A stretch of 64,000 nucleotides of DNA from Patescibacteria group bacterium (GCA_042571085.1 JBHPGB010000002.1:6796-70795), one strand, 5' to 3'; shown: positions 40,743 through 50,826, counted from the stretch's first letter. Translations and numbers: made by a program. Notes: generated by a model from the sequence alone, not told the origin.

Positions 40743-43454
40743 CTACACTGTTGTGGTTTTTCTTTTTGCTTTTGTAATCTTTCTTACTGTCTTTTTCTTT
40801 GTGCCCGCATTGCCACTTTTCTCTGCAGTGACAACAATTTCACCTGCTTTCATATCTACCGAAACCTTACCACCATCCACTACTCCGCGCGCAACCATCA
40901 TATTTGCGACCGCTGTGAGAATTTTATCTTGGATAAGACGCTTGAGTGGTCGTGCCCCATATTGAGGATTGTATCCTTCTTTACCAAGATAGGTAAGCGC
41001 TTTATCTGAAACAGTAAGTTTAATCCCCTTTTCTGCCAATCTTTTTGTAACAATATCAATTTGCACATCTACAATATTTCGTATTGCTTCTGGAGAAAGG
41101 ATGTCAAACACAACAATTTCATCCAATCGATTCAAAAATTCTGGGCGGAAATGATCACGCAAGCTTCCCAACACCTTATCTTTCGCATCGCTGTAATCCT
41201 CTTCGGCATCCTTGTTTGAAAATCCAATTGATTCCATTTTGTCTATATATTCTGCGCCGATGTTTGAAGTAAGAACGATAATAGTATTTTTGAAATTAAT
41301 TTTTCGGCCTTTTGCATCTGTAAGCTGACCTTCATCAAGCACTTGTAGAAGTACGTTGAACACCTCAGGGTGTGCCTTTTCAACTTCATCAAAAAGAATT
41401 ACTGAATATGGACGATGTCGTACCGCTTCTGTTAGTTGCCCTGCTTCTTCGTGCCCCACATAGCCCGGAGGTGAGCCCATAAGCTTTGAAATTGAGTGTG
41501 ATTCCATATATTCGCTCATATCCACACGCACAAGCGCTTTGTCGTCATCAAACATAAACTTGGCAAGGGTTTTGGTAAGCTCTGTCTTTCCAACCCCTGT
41601 TGGACCTAAGAATATAAATGATCCGATTGGACGATTTGGGTCTGAAATACCCACCCGTGAGCGCTTCACGGCATCTGCAACCTTTCTCACTGCTTCACTT
41701 TGTCCAATTACTCTTTCCTCCAAAACCTCTTCCATGCGCGCTAATTTTTCTGCTTCTTCTTCAAGCATGCGTGATGTTGGTACACCAGTCCATCGGGCCA
41801 CCACTTCTGCAATATCTTCCTCAGTAATTTCCTCTTTCAATATTCTGCGTGTTTTCTGTAATTTCTTTAATTTTGCAACTTTAATTTTCAGTTCCTTTTC
41901 TAGAACCGGAATTTTTCCGTATCGAATTTCTGCAGCAGTTCCGAGGTCTGCATGTATTTCTGCATTCTCTGCTTCAATACGAAATGTTTCCAATTCTTTC
42001 TTTATTGTTTTAATGCTTGTGTGTAATTCTTTTTCATTTTTCCATTTAAGCTCAAGCTCGCGTGTTTTCTCGCGCAAGTTTGCAATCTCCTTATCAATTA
42101 CCCGTACACGAGCACGCGCTTTTTTTGCGACAGCGGTTTCCCCCTCTTTTACTTCTTTTTTAAGTGCCTCTTTCTCAACATCTAGTCGCATAATCGAACG
42201 ATGCGTAGCTTCGAGTATCACCGGCTTATTTTCAAGTGTCATACGAAGAGCTGCTGCGGCCTCATCAATAAGATCGACTGATTTGTCCGGCAAAAATCGG
42301 CTTGTGATATATCTACTTGAAAGCTCCACGGAAGCAATAATCGCATCATCAGTAATACGCACGCCGTGATAAAGCTCATATTTTTCTTTAAGCCCGCGCA
42401 TAATTGCTTTTGCATCTTCTAAAGATGGTTCATCTACATAGATGGACTGGAAGCGTCGTGCAAGTGCCGCGTCCTTCTCAATATATTTTTGGTATTCTTT
42501 GATTGTTGTTGCACCAATTGCACGTAGCTCACCACGCGCCAGTGCAGGCTTTAACATGTTTGATGCATCCATTGATCCTTCTGCAGATCCAGCACCAACA
42601 ATAGTATGAATCTCATCTATAAAGAGGACAATCTTCCCTTCTGATTTTTCAACTTCCTTAATTACATTCTTTAGACGCTCTTCAAACTCACCGCGAAATT
42701 TTGTTCCAGCAACAAGAAGTCCTAGATCGAGACTCACCAATTCTTTATCTTTTAAAGAATCAGGAACCTCTCCTTTTGCAATACGCACAGCGAGCCCTTC
42801 TGCAATCGCTGTTTTTCCAACCCCTGGTTCACCAATTAGCATTGGATTATTTTTTGTACGACGAGAAAGTATTTCCATCACACGACGAATTTCATTATCA
42901 CGCCCAATAACAGGGTCTAGCTTATCTTCGGAAGCGAGTTTTGTTAGGTTGCGAGTATATTTTGCAAGAGTGCGGTATTTTTTTTGCCCTGTATCAATAT
43001 CAGTAATATTTGAACTACGTAACTCTTCTAGAATTTTTTCTGCACTATCTCTTTCAACCTTAAAACGAGCCAGTAATTCTTTTGCTGGGTTAGCTGACCC
43101 AAGCATAGAAAGGAATAGGTGCTCCGTAGAAACAAACTCGTCTTTCAATTTCTGTGTCACTTGCATTGATTCTTCTAAAATACGAGCAAGTTCGGGTGTA
43201 AGATAAATCTGGTATGAAGGAGAAACTGTGTTTGAGCTTTCGCCCTCAATGACTTCTAGAGCTGTATCAATAAGTAGTGGTGTATCTACTTCCATTCTGT
43301 CTAACATAGAAATAACCATTGATTCTTCTTGGAGTAACATTGCTGTAAGCAAATGCACTGGATTCACATGATTTTGACCACGTTCAATAGCGAGCTCGTG
43401 GGCCCGCTTAATTGCTTCTTTTGCTTTTGTTGTAAATGAATTTAGTGGTGGCAT
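40743..43454 (-). CDS. clpB: ATP-dependent chaperone ClpB
   Basis: Clp N-domain, GEPGVGKT, long coiled-coil middle domain, [14 protein letters not shown]. Confidence 0.93.
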   Translation of the reverse strand: MPPLNSFTTKAKEAIKRAHELAIERGQNHVNPVHLLTAMLLQEESMVISMLDRMEVDTPLLIDTALEVIEGESSNTVSPSYQIYLTPELARILEESMQVTQKLKDEFVSTEHLFLSMLGSANPAKELLARFKVERDSAEKILEELRSSNITDIDTGQKKYRTLAKYTRNLTKLASEDKLDPVIGRDNEIRRVMEILSRRTKNNPMLIGEPGVGKTAIAEGLAVRIAKGEVPDSLKDKELVSLDLGLLVAGTKFRGEFEERLKNVIKEVEKSEGKIVLFIDEIHTIVGAGSAEGSMDASNMLKPALARGELRAIGATTIKEYQKYIEKDAALARRFQSIYVDEPSLEDAKAIMRGLKEKYELYHGVRITDDAIIASVELSSRYITSRFLPDKSVDLIDEAAAALRMTLENKPVILEATHRSIMRLDVEKEALKKEVKEGETAVAKKARARVRVIDKEIANLREKTRELELKWKNEKELHTSIKTIKKELETFRIEAENAEIHADLGTAAEIRYGKIPVLEKELKIKVAKLKKLQKTRRILKEEITEEDIAEVVARWTGVPTSRMLEEEAEKLARMEEVLEERVIGQSEAVRKVADAVKRSRVGISDPNRPIGSFIFLGPTGVGKTELTKTLAKFMFDDDKALVRVDMSEYMESHSISKLMGSPPGYVGHEEAGQLTEAVRHRPYSVILFDEVEKAHPEVFNVLLQVLDEGQLTDAKGRKINFKNTIIVLTSNIGAEYIDKMESIGFSNKDAEEDYSDAKDKVLGSLRDHFRPEFLNRLDEIVVFDILSPEAIRNIVDVQIDIVTKRLAEKGIKLTVSDKALTYLGKEGYNPQYGARPLKRLIQDKILTAVANMMVARGVVDGGKVSVDMKAGEIVVTAEKSGNAGTKKKTVRKITKAKRKTTTV

Positions 43455-43712
43455 CGTTTACTTTTAAAGAGTAAGTAAGGTTATTTTATAAACTCACTTA
43501 CTCCTATTTAATTATCTTTAATAAGTGCAGTATAAAACACATCCCCTTATTTTTCAAGGCAAAATTAAAACCCCCGCAGTGTTAGTGCGGGGGGTGTTGA
43601 TGCGAAGTCATAGACTCCTTGTAGATATCATCCGGCGAAATCATTTCACCTTCAATTGATTATCTCTTTAAAGAACAAATTCCTTTTCGCTCTAGCCGGT
43701 GATCGATTGTGA

Positions 43713-43847
43713 TCAGGCGCAGGTCGCGGACGGTGCGGGCAGGCCGATGGTGCCGGTGTCGCGGGTCAGGCCGATGGCAGTGGTCAGGTTGGCGGTTGCA
43801 ATATTGGCATCAATACAGGTCTTGGTCAAACGGTGTCGATGGTGCAT
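43713..43847 (-). CDS. GC-rich small peptide (44 aa), cassette 1
   Basis: MHHRHRLTKTCIDANIATANLTTAIGLTRDTGTIGLPAPSATCA; AAGGAG RBS; own promoter; terminator at 43571-43593. Confidence 0.5.
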   Translation of the reverse strand: MHHRHRLTKTCIDANIATANLTTAIGLTRDTGTIGLPAPSATCA

Positions 43848-43912
43848 CGTGTCTCTCCTTACTGGCCGTTTTGGCGAAGTGGGTCAGCAACGCTTTTGCT
43901 AACCTCCCTCGT

Positions 43913-43940
43913 AGTGTACACGCCACACAAAATTTGTCAA
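43913..43940 (-). promoter_or_regulatory. sigma70 promoter of cassette 1
   Basis: TTGACA-16 bp-TACACT on the minus strand. Confidence 0.6.
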
Positions 43941-44031
43941 GCCTTTTCTTCAACTAACAAAACTTACTCTCCTACACACTAAAAAAATTGCTTAAAATAT
44001 AAATATTTTAAGCAATTTTCATTTTTTATAA

Positions 44032-44895
44032 TTATTCCGTTGCGGTATCAGCCTCACTTAAAGAGAGCTTTGAGCTGTAAATAAATCCTTCTATTGTGCC
44101 AGATGGAACAGTAAACACATTAGCATCTCGCACCAAATTCATTCCGGCAATATTACCGCTTACATCAAATAACATACTGCCTGAATCGTATTTTTTAAGA
44201 GTTATGTTTGTATAAATTGCGTACAAATAAGATTCTGTTGTGCTTCCTTCATCTTCCTCACCAGCAACTTCCCTTTCAGACATTTTTAAATTTGAAATGA
44301 ATCCAGAAGAAATTTTATTATTGCTGATTCCGCTTAGAGTAATCACAGTTTCCCCAAGAGAAAGCGTGCTTTCATTAGCAAAAGCAACTGGTGTAAATAA
44401 GGTGTCTACGCTTTCATTAGGAGAAAGTATGGCAATACCAACACTTTCGGTTTGATCAACCACACTCATACTAAACTCGCTACCATCACCAAGTACAATT
44501 AAGTAATCTATATCTGCACCGACTAATGCACTGTCTGTAACAACCATTCCGTCTTCTGAAACAACAAAACCAAGTGCTATAAATTCATCTTCTCCATCTT
44601 CTCCTATCGCAGCTTTTTTAATGCGTACCAAACTCTGCTTATTCTTTGCCACTGCCTCAACCAAAGCATCATCTTTTTCAACAACGATAGTTTTCACAAC
44701 TGTTGATCCTTGAGTTTTTTCGGGCACAACGGTTTCAATTGTTTTTTCAACGACCTTACTGATTGTATGTGTCATACCTGGTGGCGCTTGATCCATAAGA
44801 GAAACCGTTACAATACCAGTCGCGATTGAGGTCACAAAGCTTGTGAGCAATGTAAGGAGAATTATTTGAGATTTGTTTAGTTCCTCTATGTTCAT
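44032..44895 (-). CDS. membrane-anchored trypsin-like (HtrA-like) protein, possibly inactive
   Basis: TM helix; GFVVSEDGMVVT; DSGSML.D..G...GMN. The expected TNAH His is missing. Confidence 0.7.
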   Translation of the reverse strand: MNIEELNKSQIILLTLLTSFVTSIATGIVTVSLMDQAPPGMTHTISKVVEKTIETVVPEKTQGSTVVKTIVVEKDDALVEAVAKNKQSLVRIKKAAIGEDGEDEFIALGFVVSEDGMVVTDSALVGADIDYLIVLGDGSEFSMSVVDQTESVGIAILSPNESVDTLFTPVAFANESTLSLGETVITLSGISNNKISSGFISNLKMSEREVAGEEDEGSTTESYLYAIYTNITLKKYDSGSMLFDVSGNIAGMNLVRDANVFTVPSGTIEGFIYSSKLSLSEADTATE

Positions 44896-44922
44896 ATTAC
44901 GTATAGTATACTGTATTTTGTA

Positions 44923-45492
44923 TTATGCTCCAAATCTTTCACTAGCCATATCCCAGTTTATTTGCTTCATAAATGTGGAAATATAATCCGCACGAGCAAG
45001 TCCATAGTCTCTGATATAAGCATGTTCAAATACATCCATCACAATTAGTGGTTTTGCTCCGATCAAATGTCCTACATCATGTTCATTTATCCAAATATTG
45101 AAAAGTTTTCCTGAGTCTCCATCTTGAGCTAGTACCACCCAACCAATTCCTCGCATCGCACCTGTTGCTTTAAAATCTTCAGCCCATTTTTCAAATGAAG
45201 TAAACTGCTCAGTAATTTTTTTATGAAGCTCTGAATCTTCACTTAAATTTTGTGCATCTTTGCTCAAATTTCCAAAATACAATTCGTGCATACGCATACC
45301 GTCCCATTCCCAACCAAAGCGACGCTTCAACTCTGCGTATTCTGGCGTACCTGATTCCATATCATATCCTTTCTCCATGAGCTTGTTTGTATTTGCAACA
45401 TAACCTTCATATAATTTGAAGTGGTCTTGTAAGAGCTCGTCACTAAATCCTTCAGTTCCTAATAAGTGTGTAAAATCTTTTTTTTCGTACAT
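44923..45492 (-). CDS. sod: Fe/Mn superoxide dismutase family protein
   Basis: Ligand motifs DHFKLY, MHELYF, DVFEHAY; GIGWVVL. Confidence 0.88.
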   Translation of the reverse strand: MYEKKDFTHLLGTEGFSDELLQDHFKLYEGYVANTNKLMEKGYDMESGTPEYAELKRRFGWEWDGMRMHELYFGNLSKDAQNLSEDSELHKKITEQFTSFEKWAEDFKATGAMRGIGWVVLAQDGDSGKLFNIWINEHDVGHLIGAKPLIVMDVFEHAYIRDYGLARADYISTFMKQINWDMASERFGA

Positions 45493-45535
45493 AATTTTAA
45501 GTTGTTAATTGTTAAAATATTTTATAATAACCCTC

Positions 45536-45564
45536 TTGCACAAGATACATAAACAATATATACT
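45536..45564 (+). promoter_or_regulatory. sigma70 promoter for candidate small RNA
   Basis: TTGCAC-17 bp-TATACT. Confidence 0.6.
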
Positions 45565-45570
45565 ATAAGA

Positions 45571-45655
45571 ACAAATGGCCTTCGGGCTCCGAGACTTTCT
45601 TCGCGAGGAGAAAGATCGTTGCAAAAACATCTCTTTTGAGATGTTTTTGTTTTTT
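45571..45655 (+). ncRNA. candidate structured small RNA convergent with the MazF/PemK-like gene
   Basis: GGCC-UUCG-GGCU hairpin, CUUUCUUC-GCGA-GGAGAAAG hairpin, terminator CAAAAACATCTC/GAGATGTTTTTG plus U tract. Confidence 0.5.
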
Positions 45656-46052
45656 ACAAAAATTCTTTTACTAAATTTCTAACCTTTTCAAACTCTTCTT
45701 CAGAAAAGGTACGGACCTTTCTCAAAAGCCTTTTACTGCTTATTGTTCTAATTTGAGACAATATAATTGAATATTTTTCTCCATTATATTCAAATTGGTA
45801 ATAATACTTCCCTGTTTTGTTTTTGCTCGTAAGTGGCAATATCCATAACATATCTTTATTAAACTTTTTCAAAATAAGTATAGGTCTTTCAAACTTTTCA
45901 TTCTTTCCGTCTTGCTCATACCCAATATTAGCACCTAGACTTGCCCACCAGATTTCTCGTTCCTTAAAATATGGTAATTCCTCTTCGGAAATATAAATTC
46001 TAACTTTTAACTTCGTCCATTCTACGAACTTTAATAATATTTCCCTATTCAT
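45654..46052 (-). CDS. PemK/MazF-family toxin-like endoribonuclease
   Basis: EIWWASLG.NIGYEQDGK...RPILIL....PLTS...SQIRTIS.KRL; start overlaps the iscS stop. Confidence 0.85.
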   Translation of the reverse strand: MNREILLKFVEWTKLKVRIYISEEELPYFKEREIWWASLGANIGYEQDGKNEKFERPILILKKFNKDMLWILPLTSKNKTGKYYYQFEYNGEKYSIILSQIRTISSKRLLRKVRTFSEEEFEKVRNLVKEFL

Positions 46053-47233
46053 ATTTTAACAACCTTAAAAATATTCTTCAAACTTTTTATTGTGTAATCT
46101 AAATCTCTTTTTGTTGTACTGCGCCCCATACTGAACCTTATTGCGCTTTCGGGGTGATGTCCTTTGCCGAGTGCGCTGATCACATAAGAAGCATCCTTAT
46201 CGCTCTCACACGCGCTGCGCGATGCAACCGCGATCCCTTTCGCATCTAGCCGTAAAATCAATTCTTCACTGCCAACTCCCGGGAAAGAGACGTTCACCAT
46301 GTTCGGCAATATCTCTCCTTCACCATTAAATACGGCTTTTGGAAATTCCTTTTCTATTCTATCAACAAAATATTCACGCAATTCCTGCAGACGCGCGTTT
46401 TCTTCTTCTTTTATTTCTGCAGAGATTTTCACGGCCTCACCACAACCAACTATTCCGGTCACGTTTTCAGTACCAGCGCGCAACCCACTCTCCTGTTTTC
46501 CGCCATAAATAATATGTTCAATTTTTACTCCTCTTCTTACATACAGTATTCCAGCTCCTTTTGGCCCGTATACTTTTGACCCACTGCCTGAAAGTAAATC
46601 AACATGTAGTTTGCGTATGTCCGTTTCTAAATAGTTTAGCGCTTGTGCTGTGTCTGTGTGAAGTATAGTCTTCTGACTTCCATTTTTGTTATGTTCACGA
46701 ATTACTTTTGCAATTTCTTTAATTGGCTGTATGACTCCTGTTTCATTATTGGCATACATTATAGAAACCATTACTGTATTTTCACGCAGCGCTTCTTTTA
46801 TTTCTTTAGGATCAACAGCTCCATTTTCACCGACTTCAAGATATGTGACTTCAAGACCTCTTTTTTCAAGCCCGCGAAACACATCAAGTATTGAAGGGTG
46901 TTCGATCTTGGTCGTAATCGCATGTAATTTGCTGTCTGGTGTGCCAAATGATTCCAAGGCGTTAAAAAAGCCAGCAATCGCAAGATTGTTTGATTCGGTA
47001 CCACCACTAGTAAACACTATCTCATCTGGTGGGCACGCAAAAAAGTCTGCGACTTTTTTGCGTGCATCTTCAAGTGCTTTTTTTGCTTCTACACCTTCTT
47101 TGTGGATTGATCCTGGATTACCAAAATTTTTTCTACTGTATTCATCCATCATCTTTTTAACTCGTTTGTCTATTGGAGTGGTTGAAGCATGATCTAGGTA
47201 GATTCGTTTTTTGTTGAACATGTTTATTATCAT
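46049..47233 (-). CDS. iscS: cysteine desulfurase (IscS/NifS)
   Basis: YLDHASTT, GNPGSIH, FTSGGTESNN, ANNETG, KVYGPKG, SRSAC. Confidence 0.93.
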   Translation of the reverse strand: MIINMFNKKRIYLDHASTTPIDKRVKKMMDEYSRKNFGNPGSIHKEGVEAKKALEDARKKVADFFACPPDEIVFTSGGTESNNLAIAGFFNALESFGTPDSKLHAITTKIEHPSILDVFRGLEKRGLEVTYLEVGENGAVDPKEIKEALRENTVMVSIMYANNETGVIQPIKEIAKVIREHNKNGSQKTILHTDTAQALNYLETDIRKLHVDLLSGSGSKVYGPKGAGILYVRRGVKIEHIIYGGKQESGLRAGTENVTGIVGCGEAVKISAEIKEEENARLQELREYFVDRIEKEFPKAVFNGEGEILPNMVNVSFPGVGSEELILRLDAKGIAVASRSACESDKDASYVISALGKGHHPESAIRFSMGRSTTKRDLDYTIKSLKNIFKVVKI

Positions 47234-47309
47234 TAACTTTAATTGTAAAGCATTTTTATATTAATGTAAAAAGTGTGAAATTTTTATTATTTACGATATA
47301 ATGAAGGGC

Positions 47310-47792
47310 ATGAATTTTGATTTTATAACAACAGATATACTTGTGTACACACTTATCAGCCTACTCATAATCACGGTAATTTTAATCCTGCTGATTATTC
47401 GTCTAGAAATTAAATTGCGTGGAATACTGCGCGGTAAAAATGCGAAGACTCTTGAAGACACAATCAACTCTTTAGGTAACGAAATAAAAAACCTACACGT
47501 ATCAAGAGAAGAAATCGAGACTTACTTAAAAAGTGCGGAAAAGCGAATCAAAAGAAGCACGCAAGGGATAGCTACTGTGCGGTTCAATCCATTCAAAGGT
47601 ACTGGTTCTGGAGGCAATCAGAGTTTCGCCACTGCTTTTGTAGACGAACACGGAGACGGTGTTGTGATTTCAAGCCTGTATAGTCGTGACCGCATGAGTG
47701 TATATGCAAAACCGCTCAATAATCACAAGTCAGAGTTTGAACTAACGACGGAAGAAAAGGAGGCTGTCAAAAAAGCAAGTTTAAACAATTGA
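47310..47792 (+). CDS. DUF4446-like membrane-anchored protein
   Basis: TM + coiled coil; VRFNPF...GGNQSF...G.VISSLYSR...YAKP; start 7 nt after TATAAT. Confidence 0.8.
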   Translation: MNFDFITTDILVYTLISLLIITVILILLIIRLEIKLRGILRGKNAKTLEDTINSLGNEIKNLHVSREEIETYLKSAEKRIKRSTQGIATVRFNPFKGTGSGGNQSFATAFVDEHGDGVVISSLYSRDRMSVYAKPLNNHKSEFELTTEEKEAVKKASLNN

Positions 47793-47859
47793 TTACTATA
47801 TTAGCCTACTGGCTTATTACAAATTGCGCTTAGGCGCAATTTGTTGTATTCTACACAGC

Positions 47860-49365
47860 ATGACTGAAAAAACTGAACAAAAAAATATCATTGAACGACC
47901 ACCTGTAATTGCTGTTATGGGGCATATTGATCATGGTAAATCAAAATTGCTTGATTATATCCGTAAGTCAAACGTGGTAGAGGGTGAATCAGGAGGCATT
48001 ACACAACACATCTCAGCATATGAAGTTGAGAGAAAAGATGCCGAAGGAAATGTGAGACACATAACATTTCTTGATACACCAGGACATGAGGCTTTTTCAG
48101 CTATGCGTGAACGTGGTGCAAACATAGCCGATATTGCAGTTTTGATTGTGTCAGCAGAAGATGGTGTGAAGGCACAAACACTTGAGGCCCTAGAGTCAAT
48201 AAAAAATGGTGGCATACCTTTCATTGTTGCGATAAATAAAATAGACAAGCCTGCAGCAAATGTACAGAAAACAAAAAACGAACTCGTAGAACATGGTGTT
48301 TACATCGAAGGAATGGGTGGTGATATTCCATTTGTGCCGATATCAGCAATAACCGGAGAAGGTGTTGATGATCTTCTAGATACAATGCTTCTTGTTGCAG
48401 AAATGGAGGAACTCACAGCAAATACAGATGAGCCAGCAAGTGGGTTTGTATTAGAATCAAATGTTGATCCTACAAAAGGAATCTCGGCAACACTAATAAT
48501 AAAAAATGGCACACTTAAAAAAGGAATGTGTATTAGTGCAGGAGAATCAATGTCCCCTGTTCGTGCAATTGAAAACTTCTTAGGAAAACATATTGATGAA
48601 GCAAAGTTTTCTTCACCGGTTAGAATAATAGGATTTAACAGTGCTCCGGAGACAGGTGTTTCGTTTTCATCTTTTGCAGCCAAAAAAGAAGCCGAGGCTG
48701 CTTGCGGTGCATTCGAGTCACAACAAAGCTCAATTGAAATAATTGGAAATCCTGAAGCGAGTGTAATAATTCCACTTATCATAAAAACTGACGCACTTGG
48801 TACACTTGAAGCAGTAGAAAAAGAATTGGCGAAAATAAAGCACGAAAAAGTTGGTTTCAGAATAATACAAAAAGGTGTAGGTAATATTGCTGAAAATGAT
48901 ACCAAGGTTGCCTCTGGCTCACCAAACACAATCATAATTGGCTTTAGGGTAAAAGCGGACAGAGACGCAACAGCATACGCAGAAAAATTTGATATGCCTG
49001 TAAAAACATTTGCTATCATATACAACATTACTGATTATTTGGAAGAGGTTGTTAAAGAGCGAGTGCCGAAAGAACGTGTTGAGGAAGCGACAGGTAAAGC
49101 AAAAATTATTCGTATTTTCAGCAAAACGAAAGACAAGCAGGTGTTGGGTGCAAAAATGCAAGAAGGAGAAATTTCTTTGAAAGCACGTATAAATATTCTT
49201 CGCAGAGATGTTGAAATAGGTAAAGGAGTCGTGTTGGAACTGCAAGAGCAAAAAGTAAAAAAAGACAAAGTTTCTGAAGGTGCTGAGTTTGGACTTATGG
49301 TAGAATCAAAAATGGATATTGCAGAGGGAGATAAGTTAATACCATTTACAATCGTAGAGAAGTAA
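47860..49365 (+). CDS. infB: translation initiation factor IF-2 (short)
   Basis: RPPVIAVMGHIDHGKS, GGITQHI, DTPGHEAF, NKID. Confidence 0.96.
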   Translation: MTEKTEQKNIIERPPVIAVMGHIDHGKSKLLDYIRKSNVVEGESGGITQHISAYEVERKDAEGNVRHITFLDTPGHEAFSAMRERGANIADIAVLIVSAEDGVKAQTLEALESIKNGGIPFIVAINKIDKPAANVQKTKNELVEHGVYIEGMGGDIPFVPISAITGEGVDDLLDTMLLVAEMEELTANTDEPASGFVLESNVDPTKGISATLIIKNGTLKKGMCISAGESMSPVRAIENFLGKHIDEAKFSSPVRIIGFNSAPETGVSFSSFAAKKEAEAACGAFESQQSSIEIIGNPEASVIIPLIIKTDALGTLEAVEKELAKIKHEKVGFRIIQKGVGNIAENDTKVASGSPNTIIIGFRVKADRDATAYAEKFDMPVKTFAIIYNITDYLEEVVKERVPKERVEEATGKAKIIRIFSKTKDKQVLGAKMQEGEISLKARINILRRDVEIGKGVVLELQEQKVKKDKVSEGAEFGLMVESKMDIAEGDKLIPFTIVEK

Positions 49366-49396
49366 AAATTAAACAGGAGTGACTATTTGAAACAAA

Positions 49397-49503
49397 CCCC
49401 AGTGAAATATCATAGTTGTAATATGTTTTTGCAAAAACATATTACAACTATGACTATTTTAAAATTTTCTAAGAAAGGAAAATTTTAAAAATCTTTCACG
49501 GGG
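49397..49503. mobile_element. palindromic MITE-like element
   Basis: Imperfect terminal repeats CCCCAGTGAAA / TTTCACGGGG; internal perfect 44-bp palindrome 49410-49453. Confidence 0.65.
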
Positions 49504-49559
49504 TGATGATTTTTATAGTCATAAAATCACTTTGTGATTTTATTCCTTAAAAATCTATC

Positions 49560-49886
49560 ATGCCTGAAAACTATTCAAAAAAGAAAGTGAGTGAGGTTTT
49601 GAAAACACTCGCTGCCGATTTTCTTCAAAAGGAGTCTAGCGGCAAATCGCTCATAACGGTGACCGATTGTACGGTTGCAGACAACCAGCGTAATGCGGTA
49701 ATATTCTTTAGTGTACTCCCAGCAGAAGCAGAGGAAGAGGCGCTGAACTTCACTAAACGACAAAGGAGAGAGTTTCGTGAGTATATAAAAAAACATTCAA
49801 GATTGCGATATGTTCCTTTTGTAGATTTCGAAATTGATCTCGGTGAAAAGAATAGACAAAGGATTGAGGAATTATTAAATGAATAA
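49560..49886 (+). CDS. rbfA: ribosome-binding factor A
   Basis: LITVT...A.IF.SV...LRYVP.V.F..D; follows infB. Confidence 0.85.
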   Translation: MPENYSKKKVSEVLKTLAADFLQKESSGKSLITVTDCTVADNQRNAVIFFSVLPAEAEEEALNFTKRQRREFREYIKKHSRLRYVPFVDFEIDLGEKNRQRIEELLNE

Positions 49887-49893
49887 ATAGAAA

Positions 49894-49985
49894 GGTCTGG
49901 TGGCGAAGTGGTAACGTAGCGCTCAATGAAGAAAGGAGTGAAGCGACTATTCTGAATTAGTGCAAAGCCGATAATCGATTCCCGT
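49894..49985 (+). pseudogene. degenerate upstream copy of tRNA-Cys with insertion before the anticodon
   Basis: GGTCTGGTGGCGAAGTGGTAACGTAGCG + about 39-nt insert + TGCAAAGCCGATA...ATTCCCG. Confidence 0.65.
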
Positions 49986-50041
49986 ACATTATCATGTTAG
50001 AATTGTTACAATATTAAAATAAGCAAAGCTTGAAATTATAA

Positions 50042-50113
50042 GGCCTGGTGGCGAAGTGGTAACGCAGCGGTTTGCAAAACCGATATGCGCGGGTTCAATT
50101 CCCGCCCAGGCCT
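50042..50113 (+). tRNA. tRNA-Cys(GCA)
   Basis: GGCCTGG/CCAGGCC acceptor, anticodon loop TTGCAAA, GGTTCAATTCC. Confidence 0.92.
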
Positions 50114-50200
50114 CAATTTTCCATGCGATTTAATTATTAAACAGGTAAACGCATATATTTACGTATTGCGTATTGGTTTACCTAATGATATTATGAATAA

Positions 50201-50692
50201 ATGCACGGAAAAGAGAAAAAAAGAAGATGGTCAGAAGATGACTTAAAAAATGCTGTGTTGAATTCTACAAGTATTCGACAAGTTCTGGGTAAGCTTAATT
50301 TAAAACAAGCTGGTGGAAATTATGTGCAGGTCAAATATTATATTAAAAAATATAATATTGATATAAAACATTTTACTGGACAAGGCTGGAACAAGGGAAT
50401 GCGCGGCATTGGTAAACCTAGAATTTCTTTAAAAGAAATTCTAACAAAAAATAGTTCTTTTCAAAGTTATAAATTAAAAAAAAGACTTTTTAAAGAAGGT
50501 CTAAAAAAACCACAATGTGAAGAGTGTGGCTGGGCAAAAAAATCTAAAGACGGAAGAATTCCTTTAGAGTTAGATCATGTGAATGGTACCCGAACAGATA
50601 ATCGATTAGAAAATTTACGAGTACTATGCCCAAACTGCCATAGTCTAAAACCTACACATCGTGGATTGAACAAAAAAAAGGGCCAGTGGTGA
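50201..50692 (+). CDS. HNH endonuclease
   Basis: CEECG...ELDHVNG...DNRLENLRVLCPNCHS. Confidence 0.9.
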   Translation: MHGKEKKRRWSEDDLKNAVLNSTSIRQVLGKLNLKQAGGNYVQVKYYIKKYNIDIKHFTGQGWNKGMRGIGKPRISLKEILTKNSSFQSYKLKKRLFKEGLKKPQCEECGWAKKSKDGRIPLELDHVNGTRTDNRLENLRVLCPNCHSLKPTHRGLNKKKGQW

Positions 50693-50762
50693 AATCGGTA
50701 TACACGCAACACTTAAAATGTTGTCCGCTTTGCGGGTGAGGGTTCAAGTCCCTCCTGGCCCA
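50680..50762 (+). tRNA. tRNA-Leu(TAA)
   Basis: GGGCCAG/CTGGCCC acceptor, CAACA-CTTAAAA-TGTTG, variable arm. Confidence 0.93.
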
Positions 50763-50826
50763 CAAAATCTAATGCAGATTTTACGAATCTGTGTTAATAT
50801 TTTTAAATTAATGAATTGATACATAT

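Noticed and set aside
41539-42369. Long antisense ORFs (also 7536-8165, 48300-49028, 62578-63162 and others)
   Set aside because: Shadow frames opposite well-conserved genes, with no motifs or RBS.
43713-43847. Lasso peptide or other RiPP precursor
   Set aside because: No maturation enzymes nearby, and the Gly-to-Asp spacing is not consistent with lasso rings in both peptides.
43699-43957. Plus-strand ORFs 43699-43902 and 43709-43957
   Set aside because: Promoter, RBS and terminator all point to the minus strand; these are GC-rich shadow frames.
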